IMG/VR virus record: IMGVR_UViG_3300023213_000416
DNA from: a virus
Direction: 5' to 3' (one strand)
Length of the DNA stretch: 31,383 nt
In this document: positions 22,667 through 29,221 of the stretch, piece by piece
How the letters are laid out: every line of letters starts with the position of its first letter
How positions within the stretch are numbered: the first letter of the stretch is position 1
Notes under the pieces: model-generated
Databases searched by the model: none
What the model was told of the DNA's origin: nothing
What the model saw: only the letters and a program-made list of their open reading frames with translations
Position numbers and translations under genes: made by a program

Positions 22667-23335
22667 TTATAAAAAAGTACCTGCTAATTTTAAAGCGCCG
22701 CCTAAAATATTACCAAAATTACTTTGTCTAGCTGCTTGTTGTTGTCCAGCGGTTTGAGCCATATTTTTTCCATATTGGCCAATCATATTAGTAATTGCAT
22801 TCGCACTTTGTTGGCCTCCTTGCATCAAAGTCTGCTGTCCTTGACCATATTGTGTATTAATTCCCAAAACATTTGCTAACCAACTTTGCATATCTTGTGC
22901 CGCAATATCTCTAGCAGTTTGTTCACCTGCTTGCATATAAGGAGTTGAACCAATTAATCCCGATGCAGAAGCTTGATTTTGTAAAGCTCTCATAGCTGCA
23001 TCCGTTTCTTGTTTTGCATAAGGAGATTGTTGATATTGGCTCATTAATCGATTCATAAAAGCAACGGGATCTTGTTCTTGAGCTAACCAATTTTGGTATT
23101 GAGGAATTGCTCCTACACCTGCTTGATAAAAAGGTTGTTGATAACCAATTCCTTGTCCTAATGCTTGTTGATATTGACCCATTTCAGCTTGATAAGGACG
23201 CTCTGGATGACCAAAAATACCTGCTAAAATATCACCTAATCCTCCCATAATATCACCAGAATGACCTGATAAAAAGTTACCTATTCCACCTCCATTAGGA
23301 GGTGCATTGCCATAATTTCCGCCCCAATGATACAT
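22667..23335 (-). CDS. Internal virion / ejection protein candidate, 222 aa
   Basis: Gly/Gln-rich (GGNYGNAPPNGGGIGNF.., QQSANAI..) with a hydrophobic C-terminus. GAGGGA lies upstream of the ATG, and it occupies the P22 gp7 position. Confidence 0.5.
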   Translation of the reverse strand: MYHWGGNYGNAPPNGGGIGNFLSGHSGDIMGGLGDILAGIFGHPERPYQAEMGQYQQALGQGIGYQQPFYQAGVGAIPQYQNWLAQEQDPVAFMNRLMSQYQQSPYAKQETDAAMRALQNQASASGLIGSTPYMQAGEQTARDIAAQDMQSWLANVLGINTQYGQGQQTLMQGGQQSANAITNMIGQYGKNMAQTAGQQQAARQSNFGNILGGALKLAGTFL

Positions 23336-23377
23336 AATATTCCCTCACTTTAAATATTACTGCAATTGCGGTAATAT

Positions 23378-23395
23378 TGATCGCAATTGCGATCA
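23378..23395. repeat. 18-bp perfect palindrome TGATCGCAATTGCGATCA
   Basis: Self-complementary. It overlaps the stop codon of ORF 23393..23665, and a second GCAATTGCG copy lies at 23362..23370. Confidence 0.9.
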
Positions 23396-23665
23396 TATGG
23401 TTACAAATGTTTTCCAAATACCCGCTTCAAAACCCTGAAATTTATCAAGCGTTATGTTATAAATCATAGTTCCATTAATTACATTTATTAATGCATTTCT
23501 TTGTGTTGTTGTTAATCTAGGTATATGAAATCCATTCGGTCCTATATAAGAACTTATATTCTGTATATGAGTTGCAAACCAATTAGACCATATATCACTA
23601 ATCCTATCTCTGGAAACTTTTGTTAAAAAATCATAAATCGGTGGATCATCAAAAGTATTTGCCAT
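23393..23665 (-). CDS. Hypothetical virion protein, 90 aa
   Basis: Open frame between the gp10-like gene and the ejection proteins (the position of P22 gp26/gp14). It has no sequence resemblance to the P22 needle that I can see. Confidence 0.55.
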   Translation of the reverse strand: MANTFDDPPIYDFLTKVSRDRISDIWSNWFATHIQNISSYIGPNGFHIPRLTTTQRNALINVINGTMIYNITLDKFQGFEAGIWKTFVTI

Positions 23666-23667
23666 AA

Positions 23668-25233
23668 TTACTCCGGTAAAACTTCAATATCCCAAGCGGC
23701 ACCTAAAATAACAAATTTAATTTCACTAAAAAATTGAAATTTAGGCACAAAAGATTGTCCTCTTTTTGTGGTACCTAATTTACGCCAAACTGTTCTAAAT
23801 GTTCTTTCTCCAATAGCACCCATTGGTGCTGTAATTTCATTTCCATAAGTTTGTCCTCCATCCTTAGAAATTGATAAAAATACAATTGGATGAATACTAC
23901 TGGGTATTATTGTTTCTGTCTCAGAAATAATTATCGTAGTTCCATCTTCACTTACGATAATATGTATTCCATCTTCTGCTAAAATCTGAATAACATCTAA
24001 TTTTTCTACAAAATCATTACCTTGTAATAAATCTAATAAAAATCTATCAATTCTAATACGTGGATATCCTGTTGTAGAAAATGGTTTTCCAATACGCATT
24101 CGTCGAATAGCTTCCCCATCATTGGAAGTAATATCTGGATCAACTCGATAAAGAATAGGCATTGTATAATGACCATAATAATTATTTCCTGCTAAAAATC
24201 CTTGTGTTTGCGCAGGATGTCTATCACCATTCAATATTTCTTCTTCATGCCATTTTAAATCTTCTTCAGTACTCATACTTAAATTAAATACAAAAGTATG
24301 ATTAGCTTTTGTAAAATTTAATCGATAAAAAATAATTCCATTTTCTTTAATTAAAATTGCTCTTGCGTCTATAACACCTATTAATGGATCACGTGCATAT
24401 TGTGATAGTTGTACATCAAGAGCTCTATTACTTATTGGAATTGCTTCACTTCCTCTTACTTCCATTACCGAATTTAAACCACCTCTATCTTGTGATAGAA
24501 AAAACATTCTATCAAAACCAACAATAACACTTCCTATTGCAGGTGTACCTATTTCCATTAAAAGTGTATTATTTCTTCTAAATGGAAGATTAGTTCCTTC
24601 TCCGGCATTTTCCCAAACTTCTGTAAAAAATTGACTAAATAAAAATAATCTTCGATGTAAAGTTTTACAAGCTACAATTGTTCCAGGATGTGATGTAATG
24701 GCACCTTGCTGTAAAGGTGTATAAATTAATCCTTGATCAAATTGTGATAATACAAATGTATTTGTAGTACCAGCAGCAATTATAAAAAATCCATCTAAAT
24801 AAGATACATCGATCGGAGCTATAGGAAAATTTGTATCGGTTATTTTTGTAAATGTATTTGTGGTTGTATCCCAAATCCATCCATCTTGACCATCTACAAA
24901 AATAACTTGAAATGTATTTGCATTAATTCCAACATAACCCGAATCTGTATTAATATTTCCTATTTGAGAATAAGTTAAGCTAACGGTGATCCGCCAAATA
25001 GTGCCACCAATAACAACATACATAATATCATTAAACACAAATTGTCCACGGAAACCTCCTGTTGTAAGTGAAAAATTAAGATTTGTATTAACAATACCAG
25101 AAGTAAAAAGTAAAGTTTTAGGTCTTTTTCCTTTTGAATCAATATATTCATACATATTCACCGTACGTTCAGAATCAATACTGGAAATATGTTGATTATT
25201 ATAACTTCCTACAATATCGTAATCTTGACGCAT
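23668..25233 (-). CDS. Tail hub protein, P22 gp10-like
   Basis: The C-terminus LSISKDGGQTYGNE......RTVWRKLGTTKRGQSF parallels the P22 gp10 C-terminus LSATTDGINYGREQ......RVLWKRVGRIRRLIGF. The body is beta-rich. The start is set at ATG 25233 (the track start at 25266 is a TTG), 1 nt after the adaptor stop. Confidence 0.6.
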   Translation of the reverse strand: MRQDYDIVGSYNNQHISSIDSERTVNMYEYIDSKGKRPKTLLFTSGIVNTNLNFSLTTGGFRGQFVFNDIMYVVIGGTIWRITVSLTYSQIGNINTDSGYVGINANTFQVIFVDGQDGWIWDTTTNTFTKITDTNFPIAPIDVSYLDGFFIIAAGTTNTFVLSQFDQGLIYTPLQQGAITSHPGTIVACKTLHRRLFLFSQFFTEVWENAGEGTNLPFRRNNTLLMEIGTPAIGSVIVGFDRMFFLSQDRGGLNSVMEVRGSEAIPISNRALDVQLSQYARDPLIGVIDARAILIKENGIIFYRLNFTKANHTFVFNLSMSTEEDLKWHEEEILNGDRHPAQTQGFLAGNNYYGHYTMPILYRVDPDITSNDGEAIRRMRIGKPFSTTGYPRIRIDRFLLDLLQGNDFVEKLDVIQILAEDGIHIIVSEDGTTIIISETETIIPSSIHPIVFLSISKDGGQTYGNEITAPMGAIGERTFRTVWRKLGTTKRGQSFVPKFQFFSEIKFVILGAAWDIEVLPE

Positions 25234-25234
25234 T

Positions 25235-25975
25235 TTAAAATGCCAATATATTTTGCCACCAGACAAAAGGCTGAGGCATTGTAATAATAGCTGAAGTCCT
25301 AATAGTTAAATCAGTTTCATTGGTATTCTTCAAATTTGAATAATATTCTTGATATTTATCTTCATTTTGTTGAGGCCAATTTGCCGATGGATAATAAGCA
25401 ATGAATTCTCTAGCAACAGCATATTTCATAAATCCATAATAATAAGGTGGTAATTCATTAATACTTTGTTGAGGCTGTAATTGATCAATCATTACCTTAA
25501 ATTGTAATTTACAAAGATAAGGTTGATCTGGAGCAGGATAAAAAGTAACAAAACTTTCTATGGCTTGTTTATCTAAAAATACAAATCCAGGACGGGTGGT
25601 TAAATTCTGTAAACGCACAACATTATAAAATGTTGCTTTATTAATAATTCTTAATGGATAAGTGATAGGTTGGGCTGTTGCTGGTTGAACAATAAAATTA
25701 GCGAATGATAGATCTATTACACGACTACTTATAATATCTGCAGGTACAATATCAGATATAGAATAAGTACCTTGGCCTGGCACAAAAGTAAATGAAACAG
25801 TTTTTAAAAAAGGAATATAAATACTATCCACTGAAAAACTATCTAATAGTTCATTAATAATTTCTAAACCTGTTACAAGCATAAAGGCGTCAGGAGTTTC
25901 CCCAACGCCTAATTCGCCTGTAAGATATAACGCATTAACAATAATATCTTCTGTTATTCTTGTAACTTGCGTCAT
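25235..25975 (-). CDS. Head-to-tail adaptor (P22 gp4 / T7 gp11-like), 246 aa
   Basis: The N-terminus EDIIVNALYLTGELGVGETPDAFMLVTGLEIINELLDSF parallels P22 gp4 (DLVRAALRKLGVAS..LT..EPQSMQDAVDDLEAMMAEW) and T7 gp11 (VNDILASIGEPPVS..). Its position between coat and hub supports the call. Confidence 0.55.
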   Translation of the reverse strand: MTQVTRITEDIIVNALYLTGELGVGETPDAFMLVTGLEIINELLDSFSVDSIYIPFLKTVSFTFVPGQGTYSISDIVPADIISSRVIDLSFANFIVQPATAQPITYPLRIINKATFYNVVRLQNLTTRPGFVFLDKQAIESFVTFYPAPDQPYLCKLQFKVMIDQLQPQQSINELPPYYYGFMKYAVAREFIAYYPSANWPQQNEDKYQEYYSNLKNTNETDLTIRTSAIITMPQPFVWWQNILAF

Positions 25976-25984
25976 TTGATTTCC

Positions 25985-26359
25985 TTATTTGACCGGGAAT
26001 GCTTCATGATCGATATCATGAGTTAATTCCTTTGCAAATTCTTGCGCTTTTTCTCCTATATTGGTCATATTTGCATTGAAATGATACATATCAGGACCGC
26101 AATAAGGTTGTCTTCCTGCTTTTGTCATCATTTCTTCTTGATTTCTTTTCACAAAAGAATTTGTTGCATGAACATCTGCTTCATGCATTGCATTTAATTC
26201 ATGTGCTTTTATACCTACTTTAGTAGGCCGATGCTCACTATGCGTCATCGAATGATGTTCAACTTTATGTTTATTCGAATGATGTATCGATTGTCTTTCG
26301 TGATGGGCGCCCCGGCTTGCGTGATGAACCGGACTGTGATGGCTGTGATGTTTTTTCAT
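25985..26359 (-). CDS. Histidine-rich protein, 124 aa
   Basis: The N-terminal 60 aa carry 7 HH pairs (MKKHHSHHSPVHHASRGAHHERQSIHHSNKHKVEHHSMTHSEH) and the C-terminal half is non-repetitive. GAGGAA lies 5 nt upstream of the ATG. Confidence 0.6.
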   Translation of the reverse strand: MKKHHSHHSPVHHASRGAHHERQSIHHSNKHKVEHHSMTHSEHRPTKVGIKAHELNAMHEADVHATNSFVKRNQEEMMTKAGRQPYCGPDMYHFNANMTNIGEKAQEFAKELTHDIDHEAFPVK

Positions 26360-26489
26360 ATAAGTTCCTCATTTTGTCATTAATAAATTGTGGACTATCA
26401 AACCATATTCCTGTTGATAATAAATGTTGTCTTTCCTCATCTTCAACAACTTTCATACCTTCAATTGCATTAAATATACAATGTAACAT
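26271..26489 (-). CDS. Hypothetical 72-aa protein whose last 30 codons overlap the His-rich gene in another frame
   Basis: AAAGGAAAT lies upstream of the ATG, directly after the coat stop. The N-terminal part is MLHCIFNAIEGMKVVEDEERQHLLSTGIWFDSPQFINDK, and the tail SSRKPGRPSRK is AT-hook-like. Confidence 0.5.
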   Translation of the reverse strand: MLHCIFNAIEGMKVVEDEERQHLLSTGIWFDSPQFINDKMRNLYEKTSQPSQSGSSRKPGRPSRKTIDTSFE

Positions 26490-26501
26490 TTAAATTTCCT
26501 T

Positions 26502-27713
26502 TTATGATAAGAGCTTTTCCGCATATTGTGGATGCCATAAGAAACCACAGAGTAAATCAAGACGCATAAAGTTTTGATATCCTAAAATATCACCCGTTTG
26601 AGTTACAGCCAGTGATAATCCAGTATTTGGATCGATAGCGACTGATGAATAAGGAACTTGCAATTTATAAAGTGGAGGAACCACAATATCTAATGCGCGT
26701 GCAGGATAAGTTACATTTACATTATAACTTTGTACTACAGTAATCACTGCATTATTAGGTACAGGATTAGAAACATTTCTATTAGGATTCGTTACATCAG
26801 AAATAATAGCAGGTTGTATTTGAACAACTATATTTCCACCTACATCAGAATCTGCTGGAGCCTGTACAACAAATTGCATATTTTGACCCGTTGCTTTTCT
26901 TCCTATTGGATTAACACTTTGAACACCTGCAATAGAAAATAAATCTCCAGGTAAAAAATAATTACTAATTGATGCAGTCGCACCTTTAATAACAATAATA
27001 TTTCCTGAAGTGACAGCTCCATTGACTTGCAATATATCAGCAAAATGGAAAGTAGGACCATTACCCGCTTGATGTCTAACAATATTTTGTGATTGGAAAA
27101 TATCAAAATAAGATAAATGGCCTATTTGAGATTGACGAACGATATCTTCGTTGAATACAGGAGTAAAATTATTCAATAATGCACCTTTCAAAGAAGAACC
27201 ATCACGAACTGTCATTGCAACATAAGCATCGGAAGAAATATTAACGCCTTGCTCTAAAAGTTTTGCACCTGCCGTATCGACTGTTGTAAATGAATTGATA
27301 GGTGTGCCGGCAGTGCCGCTATAAAAATACAATTGTGTTTCGGCAGCTTTGCAAATATCTGTTTCCATTGTAGTAATAATTTCTTGGATAGCTGGCTGAA
27401 TAAAAATACGAGAAAAATCTTCAATTCTTAAGCTTAAATCCTGAATTGTATAAGCAATTAAAGCATGATATTGGTGTTCTATTTTGATAACTTCAACAGT
27501 TTCAATAATATCTTGAGGAGTTGCAACACTTCCGTCACCTACAATAAAATGATTTTGACGTCTAACTTGTAAAGTATCACCGATTTTATAACCAGAATTC
27601 ATGAAATCTTCTTGGTAAATACGAGAACCGGTCATTACAAAAGGAGAATTATTAGCAAACATTGCAAGTGCAGTGTTGCTAACAAGATCAGTAGTAATAA
27701 ATTGATTAGTCAT
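26502..27713 (-). CDS. Major capsid (coat) protein, P22 type
   Basis: 403 aa. PGDLFSIAGVQSVNP..ATGQNMQFVV parallels P22 gp5 RGDKISFAGVKFLGQ..AQDATFSVV, and the C-terminus GYQNFMRLDLLCGFLWHPQYA parallels [20 protein letters not shown]. It follows the scaffold gene. Confidence 0.85.
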   Translation of the reverse strand: MTNQFITTDLVSNTALAMFANNSPFVMTGSRIYQEDFMNSGYKIGDTLQVRRQNHFIVGDGSVATPQDIIETVEVIKIEHQYHALIAYTIQDLSLRIEDFSRIFIQPAIQEIITTMETDICKAAETQLYFYSGTAGTPINSFTTVDTAGAKLLEQGVNISSDAYVAMTVRDGSSLKGALLNNFTPVFNEDIVRQSQIGHLSYFDIFQSQNIVRHQAGNGPTFHFADILQVNGAVTSGNIIVIKGATASISNYFLPGDLFSIAGVQSVNPIGRKATGQNMQFVVQAPADSDVGGNIVVQIQPAIISDVTNPNRNVSNPVPNNAVITVVQSYNVNVTYPARALDIVVPPLYKLQVPYSSVAIDPNTGLSLAVTQTGDILGYQNFMRLDLLCGFLWHPQYAEKLLS

Positions 27714-27718
27714 TTAAA

Positions 27719-27750
27719 TAGTCTCCAATGAATCTATAATTGGCAGACTA
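27719..27750 (-). promoter_or_regulatory. mRNA hairpin covering the coat-gene Shine-Dalgarno
   Basis: The minus strand reads UAGUCU-G-CCAAU uauagauuc AUUGG-AGACUA (11 bp with one bulge). The 3-prime arm contains GGAG, 9 nt before the coat ATG. Confidence 0.5.
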
Positions 27751-27759
27751 TTATTAGAT

Positions 27760-28560
27760 TTATTTCCAGGTACCAGCTTTCATACGCTGTCTAATATTAT
27801 CTGCCGACATATTGTTAGAAGTAGTAGAAGCAATTGGAGCAGTTTTGATTTGACTCATGGTTTTAGGTGCAGAAATAGTTTTATTTTGTCCACCCATCAA
27901 AGCTGCTGAAAGCTTCATGATTTCGCGTTCTTGATCTAATGGATGGAGTCGAGATATACGAGCAAGCTCATCAGGATTTTTCCCGAGCTTATAAAAGACA
28001 TCTTCAGGGTTGTCAATTTTAAGGCCAGCGTAAAACATAGCATCTGTAAAAGGTTTTGAATCATCTTTTACCACTTGATTCCAATCTTCATATTTATCAG
28101 ATGCATCATCAAGTTTATCTTTAAGCTCTAATGCACGTCGATGAATATAAGCAGCATTTTGAGTTTCTCTTATTTGACGTTCTTGATCTTCTTTAGCCTT
28201 AAGAGCTGCCGAAACAGCTTGCTGAATATGTCCACTGATATCATTAGGATTTTGCGACTGATAATTTGGCTGTTGAAACTGAGGAGTTTGATTTTGCATC
28301 ATTGTGTGCAATTGCTGGATCTGAACATTTTGATTAGCAATTTGGTCTTCTAAAGCACGCGTTTGCCGTTGATGTTTTTTGGCCTGTATACCGAGTCTTT
28401 TTTTAATACCATAAGGATCAGTATCTTTTGTATTGTCTTCAGGCTCTTCGTGATCAACATTTTTATCTGCAAAACCAACGCTTTCCATAGTTTCTTGTGC
28501 CACCTCATCAGGATGCATTTCATCCTTCATGTTATCCATATTCTCACTCCTATTTGACAT
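27760..28560 (-). CDS. Scaffolding protein
   Basis: Acidic N-terminus, Gln-rich coiled-coil centre and basic helical C-terminus, located between portal and coat. An alternative start at ATG 28539 has a better AGGAG box 7 nt upstream. Confidence 0.7.
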   Translation of the reverse strand: MSNRSENMDNMKDEMHPDEVAQETMESVGFADKNVDHEEPEDNTKDTDPYGIKKRLGIQAKKHQRQTRALEDQIANQNVQIQQLHTMMQNQTPQFQQPNYQSQNPNDISGHIQQAVSAALKAKEDQERQIRETQNAAYIHRRALELKDKLDDASDKYEDWNQVVKDDSKPFTDAMFYAGLKIDNPEDVFYKLGKNPDELARISRLHPLDQEREIMKLSAALMGGQNKTISAPKTMSQIKTAPIASTTSNNMSADNIRQRMKAGTWK

Positions 28561-28636
28561 TTCTGCCCTAGAGATAAGGTCCTCTATAAACCCAAAGAGA
28601 ATTTCTTCTCTTGTATGAAGAGTGATAATAACATGT

Positions 28637-28670
28637 TGTGGATAACTTGTGAATAACTTGTTGATAACTT
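28637..28670 (-). promoter_or_regulatory. DnaA-box trio B
   Basis: The plus strand reads TGTGGATAACT TGTGAATAACT TGTTGATAACT. On the minus strand this is AAGTTATCAAC AAGTTATTCAC AAGTTATCCAC. It has a perfect box at 28637..28645 and 1-mismatch boxes at 28648..28656 and 28659..28667, with exact 11-bp phasing. Confidence 0.6.
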
Positions 28671-28715
28671 TTTATGTAGAATTTTATCGGATAAAAATAA
28701 AAAAATATGAAAACA

Positions 28716-28879
28716 ATGTACACCATGTTCACCAAGTACATCAGACTAGCAATATCAAGGGCTACAGTAGTGAACTTATAAACGAAAGCGTATATGCATG
28801 TACACCAAGTTCATCGCAAGTTCACCTCCATACTTCTTGTCTCCCAAGGCATGATGAACTTGGTGTACTTGGTGAACTT
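28716..28879. repeat. Ten copies of a 9-mer AWGTWCAYC in three 27-29 bp blocks plus one solitary copy (iteron-like array)
   Basis: Block 1 (28716..28742) is ATGTACACC ATGTTCACC AAGTACATC. Block 2 (28798..28826) is ATGTACACC AAGTTCATC gc AAGTTCACC. Block 3 (28853..28879) is inverted: GATGAACTT GGTGTACTT GGTGAACTT. The single inverted copy AGTGAACTT is at 28769..28777. Confidence 0.85.
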
Positions 28880-28998
28880 CAAAATCAAGAAAAAACAAAA
28901 TACCTCAAAAATACTAGAAACTTGGTTTCTTTTCTTTCCAAAGATTAATAATAGCTAAGGTATTTTTATAGTAACCTTGGTATTATTATAGCAGTAAT

Positions 28999-29042
28999 AC
29001 CCGCTAAGCCTCTCACTGAAGCGCAACTTTAGCGGGTTTTTT
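28999..29042 (+). terminator. Plus-strand intrinsic terminator inside the non-coding hub
   Basis: ACCCGCTAA (28999..29007) pairs with TTAGCGGGT (29029..29037), leaving a 21-nt loop, and the stem runs into TTTTTT. On the minus strand no T-run follows the stem. Confidence 0.6.
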
Positions 29043-29060
29043 ATTTATAAGTATTATATT

Positions 29061-29133
29061 GGTTCCAATCATTTTAAGAACGGTTCCCATCATTATGATT
29101 TTTAATAAATTTTTTGAAAAAAAGATCGGTTCC
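29061..29133. repeat. Three direct GGTTCC sites (two as GGTTCCnATCATT, 21 bp apart)
   Basis: tGGTTCCAATCATT (29061), cGGTTCCCATCATT (29082), cGGTTCCGTTTTTATT (29128). Confidence 0.6.
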
Positions 29134-29153
29134 GTTTTTATTATGTTGATTGA

Positions 29154-29202
29154 ATCGACATAAATTAAAAATATGTCGATTTTTTTAATTTTTTTCGACA
29201 TA
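29154..29202. repeat. TCGACATA repeat set (9-bp inverted pair plus third direct copy)
   Basis: ATCGACATA (29154..29162), its complement TATGTCGAT (29172..29180) followed by a T7 run, and TCGACATA again at 29195..29202. Confidence 0.7.
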
Positions 29203-29221
29203 TATAAAAAAATACAATATA

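Noticed and set aside
4172-25266. Longer track versions of five genes: 4172..4615, 6918..7361, 10231..10608, 10586..11059, 23668..25266
   Set aside because: The extended starts at 4615 and 25266 are TTG codons. The extension to 7361 runs through the predicted promoter. The ATGs at 10231 and 10586 are superseded by internal ATGs that have strong AAGGAG boxes. In general the internal ATGs have better RBS or abut the upstream stop, so the shorter models are preferred, with moderate confidence.
28649-28948. 99-aa plus-strand track ORF (..VHHVHQVHQ..) in the non-coding hub
   Set aside because: It starts at a GTG inside the DnaA boxes and has no Shine-Dalgarno. Its odd His/Val/Gln run is simply the in-frame reading of the tandem 9-mers GTACACC/GTTCACC. 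It is best explained as a repeat array, not a gene.
28930-29046. tRNA or tmRNA-like gene in the structured part of the hub
   Set aside because: The hairpins are arranged serially. I could not build an acceptor stem, a TPsiC-like GTTCGAATC-type loop or a cloverleaf. A tRNAscan/ARAGORN run would settle it.
29013-29201. 62-aa minus-strand track ORF across the GGTTCC/TCGACATA repeats
   Set aside because: It has no ribosome-binding site and a low-complexity Ile/Lys-rich product. It begins inside one repeat copy and ends inside the plus-strand terminator stem, and it lies downstream of a strong minus-strand terminator.
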